Shown: one piece after another, positions 11,753-22,492 of the stretch
How the letters are laid out: each line of letters begins with the position of its first letter
Position numbering within the stretch: the stretch's first letter is position 1
Origin: Obrimoposthia wandeli
Lineage: Eukaryota
Assembly (NCBI GenBank): GCA_977020255.1
Contig: CDROCS010001209.1
Location: 62,001 to 126,000, forward strand
DNA: 64,000 nucleotides
Direction: 5' to 3'
The notes under the pieces: model-generated
Database searches by the model: none
Seen by the model: only the letters and a program-made list of their open reading frames with translations
What the model was told of the DNA's origin: nothing
Program-made: the position numbers and the translations under genes

Positions 11753-13102
11753 ATGGCTGGTAGTAGAGAGCATTTTGGTTCAAGAGTAGGGTTTGTTCTG
11801 GCTGCTGCCGGCGCTGCCGTTGGGCTTGGAAATATTTGGGGATTCCCCACGCAAGCGGCAAGTAATGGAGGAGGGGCGTTTGTTCTGGTTTACCTCTTTA
11901 TGATCTTGGTGGTTGCTTTCCCTATGCTGGTGGTCGAAATGGCTATTGGTCGTCATGGCCAAGCGAATCCAATCGATAGCATGCGCAGTTTATCCGATAA
12001 CCCATTAGCTAAAAAAGCAGGTTCAGTAGTTGGTTGCATTGGTTTAGCTGTACCCTGTTTAGTGTTGGCATTCTATAGCATTGTCGCAGGGTGGTTAATT
12101 ACCTTCATGTTTGCAGCAGTAACGGATATTTTCGGTTTTGAATCTGCGTCTGCATGGTTAAAAGATTTTTCTGTTGGTCGTAACCTCTTTGGCGCCATTA
12201 TATTTTATATATTAACCATTCTTATTGTGCAAAGTGGTGTTAAGCAGGGTATCGAAAAGTGGTCTACGCGTTTAATGCCTGCGTTATTTGCCTTATTTGG
12301 TTTAATGTTTGTTTATATCATGACTCAAGATGGCGCAATGGAAGGGTTAAAGCACTTCCTTATTCCTGATTTCAGTAAAATTTTTGATCGCCAGTTACTG
12401 TTAGCCGCAATGGGACAAGGGTTCTTCTCTTTGACGATTGGTGGCTGTTCTATGCTTATTTATGGCTCTTACTTAAGCAAGAAAGAAAACCTGCCCAAAA
12501 TGGCCCTGAGCGTGACATTGGTTGATACCGCTGTTGCCATTGTTGCGGGCATGGTTGTAATGCCAGCGATGTTTGTCGCCATGCAAAAAGGTGTGGCAAT
12601 TTATGCAGAAGATGGCTCACTTCTGAGCTCTGATACTTTAGTGTTTACTGTTTTACCTATGCTGTTTGATAGCCTTGGTTTCGTGGGTGAACTGCTTGCT
12701 CTCGTGTTCTTTGTGCTAATGACGATCGCTGCACTAACATCATCTATCTCAATGCTTGAATGCCCAGTGTCGTTAGTCAGTGAACGTTTTAATACGAAAC
12801 GTAAGCCGACAAGCTGGGTGTTAGGGGCGTTAATCGCTTTATTCAGTGTTGTTATTATCTTTAATTTTAATCAGATGTTTGGTTTAGTTGCAACTATTGC
12901 AACGCAGTATTTTCAGCCTGTAGCGGCATTACTATTTACTTTATTTGGTGGCTGGGTTTGGTCTCGTAACAGTAAACTCAAAGAGTTGAGCGAAGGTTGC
13001 CCTGAAATCGAAAACAGTTTGTTCTGGAAAGTGTGGCCACTATACCTAAAAGTTGTATGTCCTATTTTAGTGGCAACAGTACTTTGGGCTTCGTTTGGCT
13101 AA
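11753..13102 (+). CDS. Sodium-dependent transporter, NSS/SNF family
   Basis: 'AVGLGNIWGFP', 'NGGGAFVLVY', 'MGQGFFSL', many TM helices. Confidence 0.92.
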   Translation: MAGSREHFGSRVGFVLAAAGAAVGLGNIWGFPTQAASNGGGAFVLVYLFMILVVAFPMLVVEMAIGRHGQANPIDSMRSLSDNPLAKKAGSVVGCIGLAVPCLVLAFYSIVAGWLITFMFAAVTDIFGFESASAWLKDFSVGRNLFGAIIFYILTILIVQSGVKQGIEKWSTRLMPALFALFGLMFVYIMTQDGAMEGLKHFLIPDFSKIFDRQLLLAAMGQGFFSLTIGGCSMLIYGSYLSKKENLPKMALSVTLVDTAVAIVAGMVVMPAMFVAMQKGVAIYAEDGSLLSSDTLVFTVLPMLFDSLGFVGELLALVFFVLMTIAALTSSISMLECPVSLVSERFNTKRKPTSWVLGALIALFSVVIIFNFNQMFGLVATIATQYFQPVAALLFTLFGGWVWSRNSKLKELSEGCPEIENSLFWKVWPLYLKVVCPILVATVLWASFG

Positions 13103-13131
13103 CGTTACCGATAAATAAAAATGACATATGC

Positions 13132-13159
13132 AAACGGAAGCCATTGGCTTCCGTTTTTT
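13132..13159. terminator. Terminator between convergent genes
   Basis: AAACGGAAGCC-ATT-GGCTTCCGTTT plus T-run. Confidence 0.8.
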
Positions 13160-13184
13160 CTTTATTTATCATATATTTAATGCA

Positions 13185-13373
13185 TTAGCGAAATTGATTC
13201 ACTTCAGGTAAGTAATCGAAACCAGCTTGTTTAAGACGGTTGATTAAAATTTCTTTATCGATTTCGAAATAGTTAATCAAGCTGTCTAAGTCTCCAAATT
13301 CATCACGAATTTTCATATTAACGATACTCATCAACATGACTGGATCCATCGTTTCATATTTGGATAAGTTCAT
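13185..13373 (-). CDS. DUF4250 family small protein
   Basis: 62 aa 'MDPVMLMSIVNMKIRDEF...GFDY...NQF' pattern. Confidence 0.8.
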   Translation of the reverse strand: MNLSKYETMDPVMLMSIVNMKIRDEFGDLDSLINYFEIDKEILINRLKQAGFDYLPEVNQFR

Positions 13374-13375
13374 AT

Positions 13376-13579
13376 TTAGTCTTCGAAATCACTCATTAAT
13401 AGATTTGCAGCAGCAAAAGCCGCACGTTCGCGAACATCTTTCGGTAGCTCTTCATTGGCAGCAATAAAATCAAATGTTTTGACTGCACAATGAATCGCAT
13501 TTGGAATATACCCGAGATCACCGCCGCCAATTTGTGCATAAATCTTACGGATTAATTCGCAGCATTCGTAAACTTTCAT
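13376..13579 (-). CDS. yaeP: YaeP (UPF0253) family protein
   Basis: '[20 protein letters not shown]...[12 protein letters not shown]'; tilS-proS neighbourhood. Confidence 0.88.
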   Translation of the reverse strand: MKVYECCELIRKIYAQIGGGDLGYIPNAIHCAVKTFDFIAANEELPKDVRERAAFAAANLLMSDFED

Positions 13580-13710
13580 GTTGTTTCCTCTAAAGTAAAA
13601 TTTATTCGAATAGAGAATGTATTGGAATAAATTCTATGGTGATGAACACCAATATACACGTTGAAGATAGCAAAGAATATTGATCAAAAAAGGATAAATT
13701 GGGGAGGTGG

Positions 13711-14565
13711 TTATTTATTACGCTTTTGTTTATATAACTGGCGGTCAGCGCGATCAATAAGCGAGAGGGTGGTATCCCCTTTTTGATATTGGGCGTAACC
13801 ATGTGATGATGAAACTTTAAGAGTACGTAGTGCTTGGTCATCATTAATTAAGTGATGTACGCGTTCTGCTACTTTCTGTGCAGATTTGTCTGTTGCTGGC
13901 TGCAGCAGCATGATGAACTCATCTCCGCCTAGACGATAACAGCGGTCAGAGGTACGAACAGCATGTTTTAACGCAATAGCGAAACGACGGATAACTTTGT
14001 CGCCATCAAGGTGCCCATAGCGGTCGTTAACTTGTTTGAAATTATCTAAGTCAAAAATCACCACAACTAAACCCACATCTCGGCGTTCGCTCATCGCAAT
14101 GGCATGTTGTATATCTTGCTCGAAACTAGAACGATTGCCTAAACCGGATAGATGATCGCGCATAGCCATATCTTTGATTCGACGATATTCAATAGCATTA
14201 CTTAAAGGGCCAGCGAAAAGGCGATGATACGTATGAAGTAAGTTAATTTCATCGTTATCAAGTTTATAAGGTGTGGTGTACTTTAATTTACCGAGTTCAT
14301 TTTCACCAAGGCGTAAAACAAAGGTTTGGTTGAATTCAGTCGCTTTTCCTCGACGAATTAAGGTACTAGTATCGTCAAGATCCCAGATAAGACGGCTTAC
14401 ATCGATTTGTTTTTCTATTTCACGAGTGAATATTTCGAATAGTATTCCAAGCTCTAGTTTGCCTTGTAGTTTCTGTAAGATCAGTAGACGCTGATCAGCG
14501 CCGAGAGGTTTTGTCCTCGGTTTTTGTTCATCAGAAAAAAACTTGTTCCAGAGAATTGGATCCAT
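13711..14565 (-). CDS. Diguanylate cyclase (GGDEF) with N-terminal GAF-like region
   Basis: 'DHLSGLGNR', 'DLDNFKQVNDRYGH', I-site RTSD, intact GGDEF. Confidence 0.93.
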   Translation of the reverse strand: MDPILWNKFFSDEQKPRTKPLGADQRLLILQKLQGKLELGILFEIFTREIEKQIDVSRLIWDLDDTSTLIRRGKATEFNQTFVLRLGENELGKLKYTTPYKLDNDEINLLHTYHRLFAGPLSNAIEYRRIKDMAMRDHLSGLGNRSSFEQDIQHAIAMSERRDVGLVVVIFDLDNFKQVNDRYGHLDGDKVIRRFAIALKHAVRTSDRCYRLGGDEFIMLLQPATDKSAQKVAERVHHLINDDQALRTLKVSSSHGYAQYQKGDTTLSLIDRADRQLYKQKRNK

Positions 14566-14657
14566 AAAAACATCATAAAATTGTTAGGGGTTTACTATAG
14601 GCAATTATTTATTCAAATCAATCTCTAGAGTAATTTATTATTAATAATTATATGATT

Positions 14658-15782
14658 TTATGTCAAAAACTTGCGGATCATCGTCTCTTTTTCAGCGGTA
14701 TCTTCATAACCTAGGTTTATTAATGCTTGAATATATTCAGGTTCAAACAAAATGTAACTGGTTATGGCTGCATCATCTTTAGGGCTAATTCCCGCAAGTT
14801 GCATTAGTGCGCGGGTCATTGGTGGTAGATGGCAGTAGTATTTTTGGGCTAATGGTTCAAAGGATTCACTGGGGGATAAGTGAATATGGTCGACATTTTT
14901 TAATTGTAAGCGTTGTCTTTCATGTTCAGGCAGTGCCTGAATGAGGGTATTGGTACGTGATAGATTTTCTAAATCGGCGGTTAACGTATCGCTAAAAATA
15001 GTATTCATTAAGTGCCCGCCTAAAGAGGCTAATCCTGGTGCTTTTGTATGATCCCTTTCATCTGTTTTTTCATTGATTAAGTCAATAATCAGTATTTTAT
15101 CGGCACCCATTTTTAATGATGGTCTCAATGGGGCTAACTGGTGAATTGAACCATCACCGTAGTAGGTTTGGCCAATCCGACTGGCTGGAAAAACCAGAGG
15201 TATTGCTGCGGATGCTAATAAATGCTCTGTGGATATTAATGAGCGCCGCCCTTTTGATTTTGCTCTATTCCATTCACAGAGTTCTTGCTGACCTTGAAAA
15301 AAACTGACAGAACGACCACTTTTATAACTGGAAGCTGTGATGGCGATACCATGCAAATTACCGGCTAAAATTTGCTTCTCTAGCCGTTCATAATTATTGA
15401 CTTGATTGAGTAGTTCACGAAGAGGGCGATTATTTAATAAGCCAAAAGGTGGGCGTTCATGATAATCAGCTTGTAAGCGTGCAAACCCTTGTTTAAGCAA
15501 GTAGCTAGTCATGCCATACGGACTGGCGATAAAGACTCTTCGACTATGTAGGCGAGCCCAAATCCACTCTAATTTTTTTACGCCAAGGCGAAAACATGAT
15601 GCGTAGCTGGCGATGGCAATTGCATTTATGCCGCCAGCTGATGTACCGCAATATATTGAAAAAGGGCTATGGTGAACACGTGGGTACCACTCGGCAATGG
15701 CTTTTAATACGCCAACTTGATAAGCAGCCCGTGCTCCTCCCCCTGTTAACAGTAAGCTGATTTTTGGCTTATCCTTTGCCAT
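14658..15782 (-). CDS. Patatin-like phospholipase
   Basis: 'GGGARA', nucleophile 'GTSAG', catalytic 'DGS'. Confidence 0.92.
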   Translation of the reverse strand: MAKDKPKISLLLTGGGARAAYQVGVLKAIAEWYPRVHHSPFSIYCGTSAGGINAIAIASYASCFRLGVKKLEWIWARLHSRRVFIASPYGMTSYLLKQGFARLQADYHERPPFGLLNNRPLRELLNQVNNYERLEKQILAGNLHGIAITASSYKSGRSVSFFQGQQELCEWNRAKSKGRRSLISTEHLLASAAIPLVFPASRIGQTYYGDGSIHQLAPLRPSLKMGADKILIIDLINEKTDERDHTKAPGLASLGGHLMNTIFSDTLTADLENLSRTNTLIQALPEHERQRLQLKNVDHIHLSPSESFEPLAQKYYCHLPPMTRALMQLAGISPKDDAAITSYILFEPEYIQALINLGYEDTAEKETMIRKFLT

Positions 15783-15838
15783 ATTTCTACCTTACACCGT
15801 AAACGATGATGATAAATATTATTTTCTCTGTATTAACT

Positions 15839-15876
15839 ATATACCCAAGCTACCTCAAGATGCAGCTTGGGTATAT
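15839..15876. repeat. Short ERIC/MITE-like palindromic unit
   Basis: Perfect 13-bp arms ATATACCCAAGCT / AGCTTGGGTATAT around ACCTCAAGATGC; TATACCC termini like ERIC-type repeats. Confidence 0.6.
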
Positions 15877-16039
15877 GTGAAAATGATGAGTTGGAAGGTT
15901 TGATCTTATTGATGAGTCAGTCTTTTATCGTTTTCAGCGATGTTGTACCAGTGACGTAACATCGTGATATGGCATTGTTCTCTTCGCGTGAGTATGAAAA
16001 CTGTGTGATAGCACGTGGTTGTTGCGGATGACGACATAT

Positions 16040-16063
16040 AAAAAAGCCTCCAACAGGAGGCTT
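16040..16063 (-). terminator. proS terminator
   Basis: AAGCCTCC-AACA-GGAGGCTT with an A-run on the left (T-run on minus strand). Confidence 0.75.
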
Positions 16064-16090
16064 AATAAGATAGCTGAATCGAGAATTGAA

Positions 16091-17806
16091 TTAAGCTAAT
16101 TTTTGCTTAATCATTTCTACAACATCAGCAACAGGCACTGCAACTTTGTTGCCATCGCGACGGTCTTTATATTCCATCTCGCCATTTTCTAGGCTACGGT
16201 TACCGATTACAATCGTATGCGGAATACCAATTAGCTCGATATCTTTGAACATCACACCTGGGCGTTCTTTACGATCATCAAATAATACTTCGATGCCCGC
16301 AGCCGTTAATTCAGCATACAGGCTTTCTGCTGCTGCTTTAACTTCTTCAGATTTAGCCATGTTCATCGGTACGATAGCCACTTGGAATGGTGCAAGTGCT
16401 GCCGGCCAGATAATACCGTTTTCATCGTAGTTTTGCTCGATGGCTGATGCCACTACACGTGATACGCCGATGCCGTAACAACCCATTTCTAGAGTAACAC
16501 TCTTACCATCAGGGCCAAGAACGTTACAGTTCATTTTCTCTGAGTAGTTAGTGCCTAGCTGGAAGATGTGACCAACCTCGATACCACGTTTCAGCTGGAT
16601 AGTACCTTGACCACATGGGCTTAGGTCGCCTTCTACAACGTTACGTAGGTCTTCCACTTGAGCAAGCTCAACATCACGACCCCAGTTAATACCGAAGTAG
16701 TGTTTATCATCAACGTTAGCACCAGCACCAAAGTCGCTCATTACAGCAACAGTGCGGTCTACGATAAATGGTAGCTTAAGACCAACAGGACCAAGTGAAC
16801 CTGGACCAGCACCGATTAGTGCGCGGATCTCAGCTTCTTCTGCCATTTCTAATGGAGAGGCAACCTGCGGAAGGTTTTCAGCTTTTACTTCGTTAAGCTC
16901 GTGATCACCACGGATGATCAGCGCAACGATATCAGCATCAATTTCGTCAGAAGCTTTAACGAATAGCGTTTTAACTGTCTTTTCAATTGCAAGGCCGTGC
17001 TGCTCTACAAGTTCAGCAATTGTTTTAGCGTTTGGTGTATCAACCAGTTCCATTTCTTGAGTTGCAGCTGCAAGCTCAGTTGTTGGTGCTAAAGCTTCTG
17101 CTTTTTCGATGTTTGCTGCGTATTCAGATTCAGAAGAGAATGCGATTAGGTCTTCGCCGCTTTCTGCAAGAACATGGAACTCTTGAGAGCCACTGCCACC
17201 GATAGCGCCAGAATCTGCCAGTACAGGACGGTACTCAAGGCCCATGCGATCAAATGCCTTACAGTATGCATCGTGCATAGCTTGGAAAGAGTTTTCTAGG
17301 CCATCTTTATCGATATCGAAACTGTATGCATCCATCATTGAGAATTCACGTGCACGCATTACACCAAAACGAGGGCGTCTTTCGTCACGGAATTTAGTCT
17401 GGATTTGGTACAGGTTCAGCGGAAGCTGCTTGTATGAGTTAATCTCGTTACGCACAAGACTAGTGACAACTTCTTCTGCTGTTGGGCTAAGAACAAACGG
17501 ACGAGAGTGACGGTCAGTAAAGCGAAGTAGTTCAGGGCCCATTTTCTCTGAACGGCCTGTCTCTTCCCATAGTTCAAACGGCTGAACAACGGGCATCAAG
17601 ATTTCAACGGCACCTGCATTGTCGATCTCTTGACGAACAATGTTTTCGACTTTACGCAGTACACGTAGACCTGTAGGTAGCCAGGTATAAAGACCTGAAG
17701 CCAGCTTACGGATCATACCTGCACGTAGCATTAGTTGATGACTAATGACTTCTGCGTCGTTTGGAGTCTCCTTCAACGTGGAAAGAAGATAGTTACTGGT
17801 ACGCAT
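16091..17806 (-). CDS. proS: Prolyl-tRNA synthetase
   Basis: '[15 protein letters not shown]', '[10 protein letters not shown]', '[11 protein letters not shown]', '[10 protein letters not shown]'. Confidence 0.99.
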   Translation of the reverse strand: MRTSNYLLSTLKETPNDAEVISHQLMLRAGMIRKLASGLYTWLPTGLRVLRKVENIVRQEIDNAGAVEILMPVVQPFELWEETGRSEKMGPELLRFTDRHSRPFVLSPTAEEVVTSLVRNEINSYKQLPLNLYQIQTKFRDERRPRFGVMRAREFSMMDAYSFDIDKDGLENSFQAMHDAYCKAFDRMGLEYRPVLADSGAIGGSGSQEFHVLAESGEDLIAFSSESEYAANIEKAEALAPTTELAAATQEMELVDTPNAKTIAELVEQHGLAIEKTVKTLFVKASDEIDADIVALIIRGDHELNEVKAENLPQVASPLEMAEEAEIRALIGAGPGSLGPVGLKLPFIVDRTVAVMSDFGAGANVDDKHYFGINWGRDVELAQVEDLRNVVEGDLSPCGQGTIQLKRGIEVGHIFQLGTNYSEKMNCNVLGPDGKSVTLEMGCYGIGVSRVVASAIEQNYDENGIIWPAALAPFQVAIVPMNMAKSEEVKAAAESLYAELTAAGIEVLFDDRKERPGVMFKDIELIGIPHTIVIGNRSLENGEMEYKDRRDGNKVAVPVADVVEMIKQKLA

Positions 17807-17897
17807 TGATGGTATCCGTTTGTTGAGAATTTTAAGTGAAGGGGATTATATTATCAGCCAAAAGGCTAATCGCCAAAGAGAACCAGCGTGATCTCAC

Positions 17898-18599
17898 TTA
17901 TTCTACGGTTGTTTCAATGGTAGTAACGGTAACGAGACCATCTTGTACGGTAAATTTCACATTGAAATTAAATAAATGGACAGCATATTCCTTGGTGTCG
18001 ATTTTATTTTTTTTATAAGCAGGTCGAGGATCTTGAGCTAATACCTCACGAATAACGGTTTGCTGGTAAGCGTTGCCATCCATTTTTAATTGTTCTAATG
18101 CTGTATCTGTAAACACAACGGGTAAGGTATCAGGTTCTTCTGCAGCAAAACCGCCCAGTGCTTGTGGTAAGTTATCCGAATAAGGCACGTAAGGTTTTAT
18201 ATCGATAATGGGTGTGCCGTCGACTAAATCAACGCCACCTAATTCAATAATAATATCACTGCCTTTCTGACGTATCCCTTTTAGTTCAACAGCAGACATT
18301 CCAATGCCATTAGGGCGAAATGTTGCTCTACTCGCAAAGACACCAATACGTTCGTTACCACCTAATCGAGGGGGTCTTACTGTTGGTCGCCAGCCTGCTT
18401 CAAGGTTTTGATCAAATAAAAATAACAACCAAAGATGACTGAATTGTTCGATGCCTCTCACTGCCTCTATGGTATTAGCACTACCTTGCAAGATGATTTC
18501 TGAACATGCGCTAGGGACTAATCCCGGTTGACGTGGAACGGCAAATTTTTCTTTATAAGGCGACCGAACAATACCAATAGGTTCAATACTGTAAGACAT
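17898..18599 (-). CDS. trmO: tRNA m6t6A37 methyltransferase TrmO (TsaA/YaeB)
   Basis: 'KFAVPRQPGL', 'VRPPRLGGN', 'RPNGIGMS', 'DLVDGTPIIDIKPY'; probable ATG 18599. Confidence 0.95.
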   Translation of the reverse strand: MSYSIEPIGIVRSPYKEKFAVPRQPGLVPSACSEIILQGSANTIEAVRGIEQFSHLWLLFLFDQNLEAGWRPTVRPPRLGGNERIGVFASRATFRPNGIGMSAVELKGIRQKGSDIIIELGGVDLVDGTPIIDIKPYVPYSDNLPQALGGFAAEEPDTLPVVFTDTALEQLKMDGNAYQQTVIREVLAQDPRPAYKKNKIDTKEYAVHLFNFNVKFTVQDGLVTVTTIETTVE

Positions 18600-18685
18600 A
18601 AAGAGTGACCTGTTATAGATAGCAAAGAGTAAGTATCGCAGAACATACCATAAAAAACGCCTTGACTCAGCGATGATAAAATACG

Positions 18686-18708
18686 ATATTGCTATGTTAT
18701 AACATATC
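18686..18708 (+). promoter_or_regulatory. Zur box upstream of L36 paralogue
   Basis: ATATTGCTATGTTATAACATATC resembles the gammaproteobacterial Zur palindrome GAAATGTTATAnTATAACATTTC; 26 bp before the ATG. Confidence 0.75.
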
Positions 18709-18734
18709 AATTAATCGAATTAAAAGAGAATAGA

Positions 18735-18875
18735 ATGAAAGTTGTTAGCTCATTAAAAAGTGCAAAATTGCGTCATCGTGATTGTCAGGTCGTTAAACGT
18801 CGTGGGCGAGTATTCGTGATTTGTAAATCAAATCCACGATTTAAAGCGGTACAGGGGAAGGCAAAGAAAAAGTAG
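18735..18875 (+). CDS. ykgO: Zn-independent ribosomal protein L36 paralogue (46 aa; below ORF-track cutoff)
   Basis: Hand translation [46 protein letters not shown]; type-B L36 signature, lacks full C-C-C-H Zn ligand set. Confidence 0.95.
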   Translation: MKVVSSLKSAKLRHRDCQVVKRRGRVFVICKSNPRFKAVQGKAKKK

Positions 18876-18892
18876 TGATGGTACGAAATCAA

Positions 18893-18923
18893 AAAAAGAG
18901 GCGCCTATATCAGGAGCCTCTTT
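18893..18923. terminator. Bidirectional terminator ykgO/metQ
   Basis: AAAGAGGCGCCT-ATATC-AGGAGCCTCTTT flanked by A/T runs. Confidence 0.7.
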
Positions 18924-18962
18924 CGTTTTGTAAGCCTTGCAAGTGTTATTTAGCTAAAGGAA

Positions 18963-19778
18963 TTACCAGCCTTTAACTGCACCACCTTGGAAAATTTCTT
19001 GTGCTGCATTGTAAACAACATCAGATTGGTAAGCTTTTAGGAATGTCTGTACATTTTCAGCATTCACATTATCTTCACGTGCAACAATTATATTCACATA
19101 CGGTGATTCTTTGTCTTCAACGAATACACCATCACGCTCTGGTGTTAGGTTAATGCTACTTGCGTATGTAGTGTTAATAATTGCAAGTTGAACATCTTCT
19201 AGAGAACGTGGAAGCTGGGCTGCTTCAAGCTCAACAATTTTTAGGTTCTTAGGGCTGCTCACAATATCAAGCACTGTCGCTGTTAAACCAGCACCTTCTT
19301 TTAGCGTTAGTAGACCTTGTTGTTGCAATAGTAGTAAAGAACGGCCAAGGTTTGTTGGGTCATTCGGAACTGCAATTTGGTCGCCATCTTTTAGCTCGTC
19401 AAGTGATTTGATTTTGCTTGAGTAAGCTGCAATGGGGTATACAAAAGAGTTACCCACAATGGCAAACTTGTATCCACGGTCAGTCATTTGCTGGTCAAGG
19501 TAAGGCTTATGTTGGAATGCATTTATATCAATAGAGCCTTCTTCTAAAGCTGCGTTTGGTGAAACGTAGTCAGTAAAAGTGATTAACTCAACATCTAATC
19601 CGTATGTTTTCTTCGCTTCTTTCGCTGCCACTTCGGCAACTTGTGCTTCAGCGCCTGCCATTACCCCAATTTTAATTTTGCTATTATCAACAACAGCTTC
19701 TTTTTCGCCACAACCTGTTAATACAAGTGCAGATGCTAGACCTGCGACAGCAAAAATATTCTTTAAATTAAACGCCAT
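18963..19778 (-). CDS. metQ: Methionine ABC binding lipoprotein
   Basis: Lipobox LTGC, 'FTDYVSPN', 'NAFQHKPYL', 'PNDPTNLGRSL'. Confidence 0.97.
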   Translation of the reverse strand: MAFNLKNIFAVAGLASALVLTGCGEKEAVVDNSKIKIGVMAGAEAQVAEVAAKEAKKTYGLDVELITFTDYVSPNAALEEGSIDINAFQHKPYLDQQMTDRGYKFAIVGNSFVYPIAAYSSKIKSLDELKDGDQIAVPNDPTNLGRSLLLLQQQGLLTLKEGAGLTATVLDIVSSPKNLKIVELEAAQLPRSLEDVQLAIINTTYASSINLTPERDGVFVEDKESPYVNIIVAREDNVNAENVQTFLKAYQSDVVYNAAQEIFQGGAVKGW

Positions 19779-19874
19779 GGTGCTTCTCCTTAACTGGGGT
19801 ATTCCCTGATTTTTTAATTGCCATATCTTTATTGTAATGACGAAATGGCTATGCAGTATTAATGAATGTTCTAT

Positions 19875-20561
19875 TTATCGATGATCAAAACGTTTAACCA
19901 AGTGATCACCAACCGATTGAATAAGTTGTACTAAGATGACCAACATAACAACCGTTATCATCATAACGGTGCCATCGAAGCGTTGGTAACCATAACGGAT
20001 TCCCACATCACCAAGACCACCACCACCAACAGTACCGGCCATTGCTGAATAACTAACAAGAGTGACTAGCGTAATGGTTATGGCATTAACAATGCCTGGT
20101 AATGCTTCTGGTAATAGGACTTTAGTGACGATTTGTTGAGGTGTTGCCCCCATCGCTTGTGCCGCTTCAACTAAGCCTGATGGTACTTCCAGTAATGCGC
20201 CTTCGACCAATCGTGCAATAAATGGAATAGCGCCAACGGTTAATGGAACAATTGCTGCTGCCGTTCCGATTGAGCTGCCCACAATAAAGCGGGTAAAAGG
20301 AATAATGGCGACAAGTAAAATGATAAAAGGGATAGAACGACCAACATTGACAACGATACCCAGTACTTTATTCAAGGTACGGTTTTCAAGTTGACCGCCT
20401 TCTTTACTTAAATGTAAAGCGACACCTAATGGAATACCGAGTGCAAAACCAATAAGTCCTGATGCAAACACCATCGTTAAGGTTTGGCCTAGCGCTTCAA
20501 CCAATAAATACGTTAATCGTTCATTGGCTTCCCACCAACCGGTTATTGAATTAAGCCACAT
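19875..20561 (-). CDS. metI: Methionine ABC permease
   Basis: '[12 protein letters not shown]', EAA motif, 'GGGGLGD', 'YGYQRF'. Confidence 0.97.
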   Translation of the reverse strand: MWLNSITGWWEANERLTYLLVEALGQTLTMVFASGLIGFALGIPLGVALHLSKEGGQLENRTLNKVLGIVVNVGRSIPFIILLVAIIPFTRFIVGSSIGTAAAIVPLTVGAIPFIARLVEGALLEVPSGLVEAAQAMGATPQQIVTKVLLPEALPGIVNAITITLVTLVSYSAMAGTVGGGGLGDVGIRYGYQRFDGTVMMITVVMLVILVQLIQSVGDHLVKRFDHR

Positions 20562-21585
20562 AACCTAATACCTCTACATTCACTTTATGATCACGCAAGA
20601 AAGCGATAGCTTGCTCTGCTGCTTTTTCTGTACCAAATAATTCTGCCAACATTAAGCCAAATTTAACACCACCGGCATAATCCATATCAGAACTTAAAAT
20701 ACTGATATCGATATTAAACTCTCTTGCTACTTGGCTAATCAAAGGGGCATTTACGGAAGCGCCTGTAAACTCTAAACGAATAAGAGGGTAGCTACCTGCG
20801 ACTCTTTCTGGCGTCATGCGAGCTTGGTAATCAGCAGGGATTGATAAGTCTAACGTTGAGCGGATAAATTCGCGCGCGAGTTCTGTTTTAGGGTGAGCGA
20901 AGATATCACCAACAGGGCCTTTTTCGACTAACTCGCCATCACCAATAATGGCAACTTGCGAACAGATATTTTTAACCACATCCATTTCATGCGTGATTAA
21001 TAAGATAGTCAGGTTTAATTTGCGGTTAATCTCGCGTAATAGTTCTAAAATTGATTGTGTGGTTGCAGGATCAAGCGCACTTGTTGCCTCATCACATAAT
21101 AATACTTTTGGATCAGACGCTAATGCACGGGCAATTGCAACGCGCTGTTTCTGACCGCCACTTAAGTTACAAGGGTAGGTATCATTTTTATCGGAAAGGC
21201 CAACAAGTTTTAGCAGCCCATCCACTTTTTCTTTTATAGCGTTGTTCGATACGCCAGCTAACTCGAGCGGTAGTGCAACGTTTTCGAAAACGGTGCGTGA
21301 TGATAAAAGGTTGAAGTGCTGAAAAATCATGCCAATTCTTCGACGCGCCAATGTTAACTCTTTATTGGAAAGTTGAGTTAGGTCGACACCGTCAACAATT
21401 ATATGTCCGTTTGTTGGGCGCTCTAACAAGTTAACGCAACGAATTAACGTACTTTTACCAGCACCAGAAGAGCCAATAACGCCAAAAATCGTACCTTGCT
21501 CAATAGTCAGGTTTATATCGCTAAGCGCATTGATCGCTCGCTCACCTTGATAGAACACTTTATTAACTCTATTTATTTCTATCAT
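20551..21585 (-). CDS. metN: Methionine ABC ATPase
   Basis: Walker [14 protein letters not shown], '[11 protein letters not shown]', C-terminal NIL domain. Confidence 0.97.
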   Translation of the reverse strand: MIEINRVNKVFYQGERAINALSDINLTIEQGTIFGVIGSSGAGKSTLIRCVNLLERPTNGHIIVDGVDLTQLSNKELTLARRRIGMIFQHFNLLSSRTVFENVALPLELAGVSNNAIKEKVDGLLKLVGLSDKNDTYPCNLSGGQKQRVAIARALASDPKVLLCDEATSALDPATTQSILELLREINRKLNLTILLITHEMDVVKNICSQVAIIGDGELVEKGPVGDIFAHPKTELAREFIRSTLDLSIPADYQARMTPERVAGSYPLIRLEFTGASVNAPLISQVAREFNIDISILSSDMDYAGGVKFGLMLAELFGTEKAAEQAIAFLRDHKVNVEVLGYVA

Positions 21586-21690
21586 CGAACTTCCTGAATC
21601 TAGATAAAAGTAATGCTGTTGTTTGTGTTTACATTGTAATTGTTTTGTTCTTTATGTGACATTCAATCGTAAACTGTTGTGACGATGCTA

Positions 21691-21746
21691 GGGTGTCTAG
21701 ATGGCTAAGTCAATAGCTATTTTTACGTCTAGATGGCTAAACGTAA
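21691..21746. promoter_or_regulatory. Two tandem MET-box arrays (MetJ operator)
   Basis: GGGTGTCT-AGATGGCT and TTACGTCT-AGATGGCT-AAACGTAA vs consensus AGACGTCT, upstream of metN. Confidence 0.8.
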
Positions 21747-21882
21747 AGATTAGGCTCTTTCTAGCGCCTTGAATGGCAGACGCGTAGCGCAGAATCTGAT
21801 AAACAGGTGAATCACACTCTAAGCCGTGCCATAATCTGCTTATACGCAATATTGCCGCAAATACTATATAGAGGGCTAACTC

Positions 21883-22437
21883 TTGGCCAATCCAGCAGTC
21901 TTTATCGATCGTGATGGCGTGATTAACGTTGATCATGGCTATGTTCATACAGTAGATGATTTTGAATACATAGAAGGTGTATTTGAAGCATGTAAAAAGC
22001 TTAAAGATATGGGCTATTTGCTTGTTTTAGTAACGAACCAAGCAGGGATTGCGCGTGGTATGTTCACCGAGGCGGAATTTACCCGCTTAACGGAGTGGAT
22101 GGATTGGAACTTCGTTGATCATGGTGTTGAGTTTGACGGCATTTATTATTGCCCGCATCACCCAACAGAGGGTAAAGGCGAGTATTTACAAGATTGTGAT
22201 TGTCGCAAACCTGAACCAGGTATGCTGCTTTCTGCATGTGAAGAGTTTGATATCGATATGGATAACTCAATCATGATCGGCGATAAAACCGATGACATGA
22301 CAGCAGCAACGACGGCGAACGTTGGTACTAAAATATTGGTTCGTACAGGCAAGCCTGTTACAGAGCAAGGTGAAGCATTAGCAAGTATTGTACTTGATAG
22401 TGTTGCAGATGTTCCAGCTTGGTTAGCTGCGCGCTAA
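21883..22437 (+). CDS. gmhB: D-glycero-D-manno-heptose bisphosphate phosphatase
   Basis: HAD 'DRDGVIN', 'TNQAGI', 'CPHHP', 'CDCRKP', 'MIGDK'; TTG start. Confidence 0.97.
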   Translation: MANPAVFIDRDGVINVDHGYVHTVDDFEYIEGVFEACKKLKDMGYLLVLVTNQAGIARGMFTEAEFTRLTEWMDWNFVDHGVEFDGIYYCPHHPTEGKGEYLQDCDCRKPEPGMLLSACEEFDIDMDNSIMIGDKTDDMTAATTANVGTKILVRTGKPVTEQGEALASIVLDSVADVPAWLAAR

Positions 22438-22461
22438 TGATTGTCTAGTTGAACATTTTGT

Positions 22462-22492
22462 AAAAAAAGGTCGCTAATTAGCGGCCTTTTTT
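22462..22492 (+). terminator. gmhB terminator
   Basis: AAAAGGTCGCT-AATT-AGCGGCCTTTT. Confidence 0.8.

Noticed and set aside
13602-13844. 80-aa minus-strand ORF
   Set aside because: Overlaps the GGDEF 3' end in another frame; no motif or RBS
14658-15782. Patatin as a CBASS CapV effector or defence island
   Set aside because: No CD-NTase, Cap2/Cap3 or other defence gene nearby; core synteny context
15906-16037. 43-codon minus-strand ORF (and a 13-codon one) downstream of the proS terminator
   Set aside because: No convincing RBS for the long one and no recognisable family; cannot be supported without Ribo-seq
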